Positions 19,951-26,715 are shown, numbered from the stretch's first letter. The stretch is 27,011 bases of DNA from Candidatus Colwellbacteria bacterium RIFCSPLOWO2_12_FULL_43_11 (GCA_001817805.1 MHJB01000011.1:1-27011), one strand, 5' to 3'. The notes: generated by a model not told the origin, from the sequence alone. Numbers and translations: made by a program.

Positions 19951-20214
19951 TTAGGGGCCGTATTCCTTTAAGAACTCTTCTATGACAGTAAGTCTTTGCC
20001 ATTCGTCTTCGGCATAAGCTGCCATTCTGAAAAGCGCTGTTTCCTTGGCATAAGAGGGGAGGATTCTTAATCTTCCGTTTTCACCGGGCGCTTGAATGCA
20101 CGGAGCTTTTTGGTACACTCGGTACCAGTAATCAAAAGATTTAGAATCTTCTCCTACGCCAAAACCACAGAACTCTTCTGTAGAGTCTTTCTCACGTTTA
20201 CTTTTATGTATCAA
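19951..20214 (-). CDS. hypothetical protein (87 aa, TTG start)
   Basis: Open frame with an upstream TTGACA-17-TATACA promoter candidate and a downstream terminator; no recognisable motif. Confidence 0.5.
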   Translation of the reverse strand: MIHKSKREKDSTEEFCGFGVGEDSKSFDYWYRVYQKAPCIQAPGENGRLRILPSYAKETALFRMAAYAEDEWQRLTVIEEFLKEYGP

Positions 20215-20230
20215 CGTGGTATTTATTTGT

Positions 20231-20271
20231 AAGGAGCGGGCGACCTTTCCGGGTTTGGCCGCTCCTTTTTT
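20231..20271 (+). terminator. hairpin with U-tract (plus-strand terminator-like)
   Basis: AAGGAGCGG...CCGCTCCTT followed by a T run. Confidence 0.45.
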
Positions 20272-20304
20272 ATCTTAGAGCGACCACCCTGGCAGGTCGT
20301 TATT

Positions 20305-20379
20305 TGTATACAATTATTGTATAGATGTGTCAAATAGTATGCCTATTTAATTGACATAGAGTTCAATATATTGTATTAG
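20305..20379. promoter_or_regulatory. back-to-back divergent sigma70 promoters with a palindromic operator-like site
   Basis: Minus: TTGACA (20333-20328), 17 nt, TATACA (20310-20305). Plus: TTGACA (20351-20356), 17 nt, TATTAG (20374-20379). Palindrome TATACAAT-T-ATTGTATA at 20307-20323. Confidence 0.6.
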
Positions 20380-20385
20380 TACTTA

Positions 20386-20485
20386 TAGCTTCAGCTACTG
20401 GTCGAAGGCTTGAGGCATGTCCTTATTAATTAATTAATCTAAGGATTATGCCTCGGGCTCTCTGTGTACCAGAGCTTTACGGCTA
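20386..20485 (+). ncRNA. candidate structured 5' leader or small RNA (long irregular hairpin)
   Basis: Nested pairings TAGCT/GGCTA, AGCT/AGCT, CTGGT/ACCAG, GCTTGAGGCAT/ATGCCTCGGGC, TCCTTA/TAAGGA; begins at the predicted TSS. Confidence 0.4.
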
Positions 20486-20503
20486 GTCCTTTAACAAATT
20501 TAT

Positions 20504-21244
20504 ATGAAGCGATTATTACTACCGCTTCTAGCTGTAAGTCTATTTCTTGGCAGTCATCAGTTGGCCTTGGCTTCAGAAGAAGGCAAACCAATGAAAGGAT
20601 TCGTACAGGTTATAGACGGATGTAGAGTTGTTAAATCGGGTTGTCTGAATATAAGACTTGGCCCAGGGACCGGCTTTAGAAAAGATGGTTCAATAAGAAT
20701 TGGTTCCATCTTGAGGGTTGATAGAAAAATAACCAATAATGCCGGGGAAATCTGGTATAGAATCAAACAAGACGCGCCGCTCAGGTTCCCTGAACGTATT
20801 CACGGTACTTGGTACGTTTCCGGCGAATTTGTGAGATTCATTCCTGGTCCTGTGGAACCCAAGTCAAATCCTCTAAAAGTTATAAAAGTGGATCTATCCG
20901 AGCAAGTCATTAGGGCTTACACGGGTGACAAGTTGGAAAGGGAGGTGCTTGTGTCCACGGGAGTTAAGGGCACCGAAACGCCTACGGGAGAATTCACAAT
21001 TCTTTGGAAGACTCCTTCGAGATATATGCAGGGACCATTACCCGGAATGAAAGATTCTTACGATCTACCGGGAGTACCTTGGGTAATGTACTTCACTAAA
21101 AGTGGAGCAGCGTTTCATGGGACTAACTGGCATAACAACTTCGGCAAGAAGCATTCGCATGGTTGTGTTAACCTGCCCGTTGATGAGTCTGAATGGCTTT
21201 ATTATTGGGCAGCTCAAGGCACTAAAGTGGTAATAGAAGAGTGA
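20504..21244 (+). CDS. secreted L,D-transpeptidase (YkuD family) with an N-terminal SH3-like domain
   Basis: Signal peptide, LNIRLGPGT...WYRI (SH3b-like), IKVDLSEQ, TPTGEF and catalytic FHGTNWH...HSHGCVNL. Confidence 0.9.
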   Translation: MKRLLLPLLAVSLFLGSHQLALASEEGKPMKGFVQVIDGCRVVKSGCLNIRLGPGTGFRKDGSIRIGSILRVDRKITNNAGEIWYRIKQDAPLRFPERIHGTWYVSGEFVRFIPGPVEPKSNPLKVIKVDLSEQVIRAYTGDKLEREVLVSTGVKGTETPTGEFTILWKTPSRYMQGPLPGMKDSYDLPGVPWVMYFTKSGAAFHGTNWHNNFGKKHSHGCVNLPVDESEWLYYWAAQGTKVVIEE

Positions 21245-21337
21245 CGGAACGTGAAACGACGGGGGTAAACTGATAAGTATGTAACTGATACTAAAGTATC
21301 TAATTACATGTTTAAACTTTATTCCTTAGTTGGTTTC

Positions 21338-21380
21338 AAAAGACGTAAGGGTTGACCTTGCGTCTTTTTTGTCTTATCAT
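21338..21380 (+). terminator. intrinsic terminator overlapping the rpsP promoter
   Basis: AAAAGACGTAAGG-GTTGA-CCTTGCGTCTTTTTT; TTGACC (21352-21357), 17 nt, TATCAT (21375-21380). Confidence 0.7.
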
Positions 21381-21390
21381 TTTCCAAGTT

Positions 21391-21639
21391 ATGTTAGCTA
21401 TAAAACTTACAGGCATTGGCAAGAAACATCAGAGGTCTTTCCGGGTAGTGATACAGGAGAAGCGCTCTAAGCTGGGCGGCCAAGCAATAGAAGATTTAGG
21501 TTGGTACAATCCTCGTACCAATAAATTTGAGGTGAAAAACGAACGCGTGCTATATTGGTTAGGTGTTGGCGCGCAGCCGACTAAAACCGTTCAGGAGATT
21601 TTTAAAAAGGCTAAGATTAGCTCTAAAGGTCGAAAGTAA
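21391..21639 (+). CDS. rpsP: 30S ribosomal protein S16
   Basis: MLAIKLTGIGKKHQRSFRVV, IEDLGWYNP, WLGVGAQPTKTV; ATG 21391. Confidence 0.95.
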   Translation: MLAIKLTGIGKKHQRSFRVVIQEKRSKLGGQAIEDLGWYNPRTNKFEVKNERVLYWLGVGAQPTKTVQEIFKKAKISSKGRK

Positions 21640-21653
21640 AGTACAGATAGAAA

Positions 21654-21977
21654 ATGCCAGATTTTTCCGATCAGAAGTTTTTGGAATTCCTAGTGAAGTC
21701 CATTGTTGACCACCCGGATGATGTAAAGGTGGAGAGAAAAGTTGATGAAATGGGAGTTCTTTTAATGCTCAAAGTTAATGCTCAAGATATGGGTCAAATT
21801 ATCGGCCGCGACGGCAATACCGCCAAAGCGATGCGTGCCCTCTTGAGGATTGTCGGCATTAAGAACAATGCCCGCGTCAATCTGAAGATAGAAGAACCGG
21901 AGGGCAGTCTTAGGAAAGAAACTCCTAAGATTACTAGCGCCGTTGATAAAGTTATTGACGATATAAAGGATATGTAA
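21654..21977 (+). CDS. khpA: KH-domain RNA-binding protein (KhpA/YlqC family)
   Basis: LVKSIVDHPDDV, DMGQIIGRDGNTAKAMR (GxxG); position after rpsP. Confidence 0.9.
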   Translation: MPDFSDQKFLEFLVKSIVDHPDDVKVERKVDEMGVLLMLKVNAQDMGQIIGRDGNTAKAMRALLRIVGIKNNARVNLKIEEPEGSLRKETPKITSAVDKVIDDIKDM

Positions 21978-22024
21978 TTCCTGGGCAATGCCCAGGAATT
22001 ATCCCGAGCAACGTCGAGGGATAA
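21975..22024. repeat. adjacent palindromes including a CCCGAGC-AAC-GTCGAGGG mini-repeat
   Basis: TAATTCCTGGGC-AAT-GCCCAGGAATTA (perfect 12-bp stem) overlapping TTATCCC-GAGCAACGTCGA-GGGATAA. Confidence 0.7.
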
Positions 22025-22041
22025 TCTTTATCGCAATGACA

Positions 22042-22074
22042 AATAAACCCCACTTTTATTAAGCGGGGTTTATT
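22042..22074. terminator. intrinsic terminator-like hairpin
   Basis: AATAAACCCC...GGGGTTTATT, 10-bp stem. Confidence 0.55.
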
Positions 22075-22121
22075 GTTCAATAAACTTCCAAATAAAACTT
22101 AAGCGGTCCATAATTAATAAA

Positions 22122-22793
22122 ATGAAATTTGATATCATCACTTTGTTTCCGGAAGTCTGCGTTCCTTATTTTAAGGAATCTATTTTAGGCCGGGCGGTTA
22201 AAAATAAATTAATAGAAGTGAAAATCCATAATCTACGGGAGTATTCAAGGGATAAAAAGCATCAAAAAGTTGATGATAGGGCCTATGGCGGGGGACCGGG
22301 TATGGTTTTGCAAGCCCTGCCCGTTATTAGGGCGGTGGCCTCAGTTAAGAGTAAAAAGAAAATTAAGATCAAGGTAGTTGTTCTGTCCGCTAAGGGTAAA
22401 GAGTTTACCGATAAATTATCTTTGAGTTTTAGCAAATACGACCAATTAATTCTTGTTGCTGGGCACTACGAAGGCATAGACGAAAGGGTTATAAAAGTTC
22501 TTAAGACCTGCCTGCCGGCAGGCAGGGCGGAAGAGGTAAGTGTGGGGCAATATATCCTAAGTGGCGGCGAGCTTCCGGCTATGGTAATAGTGGATGCTGT
22601 CGCAAGGAAAATAAAAGGCGTTTTAGGCAAGTCCGAATCGCTTGAAGAACATAGGCTGGGAGCAGGCGTGCCGACCTATACCAGGCCCGAAACAATAAGC
22701 TATAAAGGCAAAAAGTATAGTGTTCCTAAAGTCCTCCTTTCCGGCCATCATAGGGACATAGAAAAGTGGAGACTTGAACATAAAAAGATTTAG
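22122..22793 (+). CDS. trmD: tRNA (guanine-37-N1)-methyltransferase
   Basis: ITLFPE, VDDRAYGGGPGMV, GHYEGIDERV, LSGGELPAM, PTYTRP, VPKVLLSGHH. Confidence 0.97.
   Translation: MKFDIITLFPEVCVPYFKESILGRAVKNKLIEVKIHNLREYSRDKKHQKVDDRAYGGGPGMVLQALPVIRAVASVKSKKKIKIKVVVLSAKGKEFTDKLSLSFSKYDQLILVAGHYEGIDERVIKVLKTCLPAGRAEEVSVGQYILSGGELPAMVIVDAVARKIKGVLGKSESLEEHRLGAGVPTYTRPETISYKGKKYSVPKVLLSGHHRDIEKWRLEHKKI
22507..22526. repeat. perfect 20-nt palindrome CCTGCCTGCCGGCAGGCAGG inside trmD
   Basis: Equals its own reverse complement; second copy with one C>T at 26725-26744. Confidence 0.9.
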
Positions 22794-22853
22794 TTATATA
22801 TTATTCCCTGTAGTCCGCTCGCATACGGGCTATTAAATTGCAAGATATAAATA

Positions 22854-23681
22854 ATGACAGAAGCAGAAAAGATATTAACCAGTAGCACGGCTCCCGAAGT
22901 AGTCGTGCCCAACCTAACCCCTGAAGAAGAGGCTGTTTTGAAAACGATGATGGAAGCCGGGCTTTTCTACGGCATGAGCCGGTCCAAAACCAATCCTAAA
23001 ATTAAAGAGTATTTATCTACCACCAAATCCGGCATTGAAATAATCAACCTGATTGAAACGCTTAAATCTCTAAAAGCCGCCTCCCAGATTTTAAAAGACA
23101 AGGTTCGAGCCGGTGGCGTGCCTCTTATCGTAGGGACTACCCCCGCGGTAAAACCAGCCGTCAAAGCCCTAGCTCTTAAATTCGGTTACCCTTCCGTTAC
23201 CGAAAGATGGCTAGGTGGAACTTTGACCAACTTCAAGACTATTTCTTCAAGGGTCCAATATCTTAAAAAGTTGAGAGTCGATAAAGAATCAGGCCGTTTG
23301 GATAAGTATACTAAGAAAGAAAGAGTGAATATCGACAGGGAAATGGAAAAACTGGAAAGGCTTTTTTCCGGTATCGACAATATGGATAAATTGCCTACGG
23401 TTGCCGTCATCTTCGACCTCAAGAATCACGAAACAGCAGCCCAAGAAGCTAAGAAGTCGAAAGTGACGAGTATCGCGATCTCTAACACCAACTGTGACCC
23501 CGATCTGGTGGATTATCCGATTATTTGCAACGACAGGAATATACAGAGTATCAATTTCATAGCTTCTTATTTTGAGGCCGCTATTACTGAAGGCAAAAGA
23601 GAAGCTCTTGCCGATGCCGCCAAAGCCGAAGTAAAAGCAGAGCTCAAAACTGAAGTTAAAAAGGAAGATGACAAAAGCTAG
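22854..23681 (+). CDS. rpsB: 30S ribosomal protein S2
   Basis: MMEAGLFYG, VTERWLGGTLTNFKTI, LFSGI, NTNCDPDLVDYPIICND. Confidence 0.96.
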   Translation: MTEAEKILTSSTAPEVVVPNLTPEEEAVLKTMMEAGLFYGMSRSKTNPKIKEYLSTTKSGIEIINLIETLKSLKAASQILKDKVRAGGVPLIVGTTPAVKPAVKALALKFGYPSVTERWLGGTLTNFKTISSRVQYLKKLRVDKESGRLDKYTKKERVNIDREMEKLERLFSGIDNMDKLPTVAVIFDLKNHETAAQEAKKSKVTSIAISNTNCDPDLVDYPIICNDRNIQSINFIASYFEAAITEGKREALADAAKAEVKAELKTEVKKEDDKS

Positions 23682-24114
23682 TGACGTTCAGAAATTAAGA
23701 GAAGTTACCGGAGCCGGAATAATGGATTGTAAGAAAGCTTTGGAAGACACTAAAGGCGACTTTGATAAAGCCACAACTTTAATCAGAGAAAGGGGACTGG
23801 TTAAGGCTGAGACAAAAAAAGAAAGAGCGGCCAATTCTGGTATTATCGAGTCTTATGTCCATAACGATAGAGTTGGGGTTTTGCTCGAGATACACTCAGA
23901 AACGGATTTCGTGGCCAAGTCAGATCCTTTTAGAGCCTTGTCTCACAATATAGCCATGCAAATAGCGGCTATGGATCCGGCTGATGTGGAAACACTCCTG
24001 AAGCAAGAGTTCATTAAAGATAGCAGTAGGAGTATCGAAGAGCTCATCAAAGAAGCTATTTCTAAAGTAGGGGAGAATATTAAAGTAGAAAAGTTTATTA
24101 GATACCAGGTATGA
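23668..24114 (+). CDS. tsf: elongation factor Ts, short form (148 aa)
   Basis: LREVTGAGIMDCKKAL, SETDFVAK, IAMQIAA, GENIKV; follows rpsB. Confidence 0.95.
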   Translation: MTKASDVQKLREVTGAGIMDCKKALEDTKGDFDKATTLIRERGLVKAETKKERAANSGIIESYVHNDRVGVLLEIHSETDFVAKSDPFRALSHNIAMQIAAMDPADVETLLKQEFIKDSSRSIEELIKEAISKVGENIKVEKFIRYQV

Positions 24115-24395
24115 TGGCTTACGACTTATTTATTGAGACGAGTCTGATGGTTTCATTGGGAATCATAGTTTATTTGGTAAGTTTGGCTGTCTCAAGAACT
24201 CCGGAACCAAGCGAAGTAAACACATTGGAAGTAAGGAAAAGTACCAGGAGGTTGGGAGCCCTTTTACCCCTGGATGAGATTGATGTAAGGCTGAGAGCCA
24301 TAAAGGACAAAATATTAAGGCGGCTCAAGGTTGTGATTATGAAGTTTGATAACTTCTTAAGCAAGCGGTTGAATAATGGAGAAAAGAAGATATAA
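24111..24395 (+). CDS. hypothetical single-pass membrane protein
   Basis: N-terminal hydrophobic helix (LMVSLGIIVYLVSLAV) then a basic helical tail; ATGA overlap with tsf. Confidence 0.65.
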   Translation: MMAYDLFIETSLMVSLGIIVYLVSLAVSRTPEPSEVNTLEVRKSTRRLGALLPLDEIDVRLRAIKDKILRRLKVVIMKFDNFLSKRLNNGEKKI

Positions 24396-24422
24396 TACCG
24401 TGGAGCGCAACCTTAAATAACT

Positions 24423-24509
24423 GCGCAGGTGGCAGAGCGGTCAATTGCACCAGACTGTAAATCTGGCGCCCCACGGGCTACGAAGGTTCGAATCCTTCCC
24501 TGCGCACCA
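24423..24509 (+). tRNA. tRNA-Tyr(GTA)
   Basis: GCGCAGG/CCTGCGC acceptor stem, anticodon arm CCAGA-CTGTAAA-TCTGG, long variable arm, GGTTCGAATCC, encoded CCA. Confidence 0.96.
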
Positions 24510-24525
24510 CAGTTCTAGAGCCAAG

Positions 24526-24597
24526 GCCACCTTAGCTCAGCGGCAGAGCAACTCTTTTGTAAAGAGAAGGTCCCCGGTTCAAATCCGGGAGGTGGCT
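24526..24597 (+). tRNA. tRNA-Thr(TGT)
   Basis: GCCACCT/AGGTGGC acceptor stem, loop TTTGTAA, CCCGG-TTCAAAT-CCGGG; no encoded CCA. Confidence 0.94.
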
Positions 24598-24598
24598 C

Positions 24599-24673
24599 GC
24601 CCAGGTAGCTCAGTGGTAGAGCAACTCCATGGTAAGGAGTAGGTCGGAGGTTCAATCCCTCTTCTGGGCTCCA
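24599..24673 (+). tRNA. tRNA-Thr(GGT)
   Basis: GCCCAGG/TCTGGGC acceptor stem, ACTCC-ATGGTAA-GGAGT, encoded CCA. Confidence 0.94.
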
Positions 24674-24699
24674 GAGTCAAAAGCAGATATATAAAAAAT

Positions 24700-24873
24700 A
24701 TGGCACAATCAAAAGTTTCGGATAATTTAATCAGGTTAAAATGCACCGTTTGCAGTCGGATGAATTACTACACTCACAAGAACAAGAAACAGGTGGAGCG
24801 TAAACTGGAATATAAGAAGTTTTGCGACTGGTGCCGCAAACATACACCTCATAAAGAGAACAAGCTTAGGTAA
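24700..24873 (+). CDS. rpmG: 50S ribosomal protein L33 (zinc-binding form)
   Basis: Manual translation MAQSKVSDNLIRLKCTVCSRMNYYTHKNKK...LEYKKFCDWCRKHTPHKE, 57 aa; TAATG overlap with pcm. Confidence 0.94.
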   Translation: MAQSKVSDNLIRLKCTVCSRMNYYTHKNKKQVERKLEYKKFCDWCRKHTPHKENKLR

Positions 24874-25499
24874 TGGAAGACGCTCTCGTCGGAGAACTTA
24901 TAGAGAGCGGCTATCTTAAGACACAAACACTTATTCAAGCCTTCCGGTCTGTAGATCGTTCGTATTTTGTTCCGGCTAGGTTTAAAGAGGAGGCTTACGT
25001 GAACGAACCGCTGCCCATTGGGTATGGACAAACTATTTCCCAGCCTTTAGTTGTGGCTTTTATGTTGGAGCAGTTGTCTCCAAAGCCGGGAGAAAAGATA
25101 CTGGATATCGGTTCCGGAAGCGGCTGGCAAACAGCTCTTTTGGCTTATATTGTGGGAGAGAAAGGCAAAGTCGTAGCTATAGAGAGAATTGGTGAACTTA
25201 TGAAAATTGCCAAAGAAAATATCTCAAAATATAACTTTATAAAGAAGGGTATAGTTGAGCTCATTGAAGGCAATGCTCTGAATGGTTATCCCAAGGAAGC
25301 TCCTTACGACAAAATCATTGCCGCGGCTTCCGGTGGAGAATTGCCTGAAGCTTGGAAAGAACAGCTTAAAGTAGGCGGCATAATCGTGGCCCCCGTAAAG
25401 CACAATATAGTTGTTGTTAAAAAATTTACTGATGAGAAGTTTAAAGAGACCAGTTACCCGGGCTTTAGTTTTGTCCCGCTAATAAAAAGCGAGGATTGA
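24873..25499 (+). CDS. pcm: protein-L-isoaspartate O-methyltransferase
   Basis: AYVNEPLPIGYGQTISQP, ILDIGSGSGWQTALLA, APYDKII, QLKVGG. Confidence 0.93.
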   Translation: MEDALVGELIESGYLKTQTLIQAFRSVDRSYFVPARFKEEAYVNEPLPIGYGQTISQPLVVAFMLEQLSPKPGEKILDIGSGSGWQTALLAYIVGEKGKVVAIERIGELMKIAKENISKYNFIKKGIVELIEGNALNGYPKEAPYDKIIAAASGGELPEAWKEQLKVGGIIVAPVKHNIVVVKKFTDEKFKETSYPGFSFVPLIKSED

Positions 25500-25619
25500 C
25501 AATGTAGGACATCTACTATATTATTAACACAATATCCGCAGACAGCAGGCATCGCTAAAGCGAACTAAGTCCTGCCTAGGGCATCCTATTTTAACTGCGG
25601 GTAACGCGGTTTTTATTTT
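25496..25619 (+). promoter_or_regulatory. rplJ promoter plus L10-leader-type autoregulatory attenuator
   Basis: TTGACA (25496-25501), 17 nt, TATTAT (25519-25524); AGACAGCAGG...TAAGTCCTGCCTAGG core; terminator AACTGCG-GGTAA-CGCGGTT-TTTATTTT. Confidence 0.75.
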
Positions 25620-25626
25620 ATAAACA

Positions 25627-26124
25627 ATGGCAAAAACAAAAGAGCAAAAAGGTAAAGTCATAGAAAAGAATAGCGCCGATATAAAAAACGCGACTAATCT
25701 TATTTTTGCCGACTTTGGCGGCACCAAAACAGCTGACATAAGAACCCTTCGTTCTACTTTGAAAGGCCTCGACTCCAGAATGGAAGTTATCAAGAAAAGG
25801 CTTTTGAAGATAATTTTAAAAACCAAAGGCATAGATTTTGACCCGAAACAGTTTGCCGCTCAAGTCGGCACTATTTTTGTAAGGGGTGAAATTTCGGAAG
25901 TAGCTGGTCCGGTTTACAAGTTCTCTAAAGATAAAGAGAAGTTCAAAATGTTAGGTGGTATAGATTTGATTAAAGGGGAGAGTATTGATGGTGAATTCTT
26001 GAAACGGATTGGACAGCTACCGCCGCGCGAAGTTCTATTGGCTCAAGTTTTGGGAGGCATGGTTGCACCGTTAAGGGCATTCATGTGGATTATTCAAGAA
26101 AGGTCGAAGAAAATGAATAGTTAA
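25627..26124 (+). CDS. rplJ: 50S ribosomal protein L10
   Basis: MAKTKEQK, VIKKRLLKI, IGQLPPREVLLAQVLG; precedes rplL. Confidence 0.93.
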   Translation: MAKTKEQKGKVIEKNSADIKNATNLIFADFGGTKTADIRTLRSTLKGLDSRMEVIKKRLLKIILKTKGIDFDPKQFAAQVGTIFVRGEISEVAGPVYKFSKDKEKFKMLGGIDLIKGESIDGEFLKRIGQLPPREVLLAQVLGGMVAPLRAFMWIIQERSKKMNS

Positions 26125-26144
26125 ATTAAAAATAAAATAAATTT

Positions 26145-26510
26145 ATGAGTAAAGACGAAATGATTTCACAAATAGAAAAAATGACAGTAGTTGAATTAGC
26201 CGATTTGGTTAAGGCTATGGAAGAGAAGTTTGGCATTAGTGCCTCTGCTCCTATGGCCTCTGGTGGTGCTGTCGCAGGTGGGGCCGCCGAAGAAGTTAAA
26301 GACTCTTTTAACGTTGTCTTAAAAGCTTCCGGCGGGCAGAAGATAAGCGTCATTAAGGTTGTTAGAGAAGCGACTGGTTTAGGTTTAGCTGAATCTAAAG
26401 CCTTGGTAGACGGCGCCCCTAAGAATGTTAAAGAAGGCCTAAAGAAAGAAGAGGCCGAAGAACTTAAGGGTAAACTTGAAGCTGCCGGAGCTACAGTTGA
26501 GCTACAGTAG
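26145..26510 (+). CDS. rplL: 50S ribosomal protein L7/L12
   Basis: [58 protein letters not shown]. Confidence 0.98.
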   Translation: MSKDEMISQIEKMTVVELADLVKAMEEKFGISASAPMASGGAVAGGAAEEVKDSFNVVLKASGGQKISVIKVVREATGLGLAESKALVDGAPKNVKEGLKKEEAEELKGKLEAAGATVELQ

Positions 26511-26531
26511 ATTTAAATCAGTTACCGAGTG

Positions 26532-26563
26532 AAAAGATGCCCGATTGAAAAGGGCGTCTTTTT
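26532..26563 (+). terminator. intrinsic terminator of rplJL
   Basis: AAAAGATGCCC-GATTGAAAA-GGGCGTCTTTTT. Confidence 0.75.
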
Positions 26564-26624
26564 ATTCTAAGTTATATTTATAAGCGCCTTTAGCTCAGTA
26601 CGAAAGTTATTCGTATCTATCGGT

Positions 26625-26696
26625 GGGCGCTTAGCTCAGTGGTAGAGCGCTATCTTCACACGATAGAGGCCAGAGGTTCGATACCTCTAGCGCCCA
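26625..26696 (+). tRNA. tRNA-Val(CAC)
   Basis: GGGCGCT TA GCTC AGTGGTA GAGC G CTATC TTCACAC GATAG AGGCC AGAGG TTCGATA CCTCT AGCGCCC A; perfect cloverleaf, followed by CCG rather than CCA. Confidence 0.95.
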
Positions 26697-26715
26697 CCGA
26701 TAGATTGGTAGAGCG

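Noticed and set aside
20231-20271. SRP (4.5S) RNA, suggested by CCGGAAAGG on the minus strand
   Set aside because: Lacks the CAGG/GGAA/AGCAG symmetric-loop signature and is too short.
20386-20490. c-di-GMP-I or c-di-AMP (ydaO) riboswitch
   Set aside because: Only a short resemblance (AGCTACTGGTCGAAGG); the GCAAA/GNRA-tetraloop module and the ydaO GGGGGA/GGGGTGAA elements are absent.
24445-24642. 65-aa ORF across the tRNA cluster
   Set aside because: Entirely overlaps three well-formed tRNA genes.
26597-26710. Archaeal-type bulge-helix-bulge intron or group I intron in the outer tRNA
   Set aside because: The junction forms a multi-way junction, not 3-4-3 bulge-helix-bulge; the inserts are too short and lack group I core elements.
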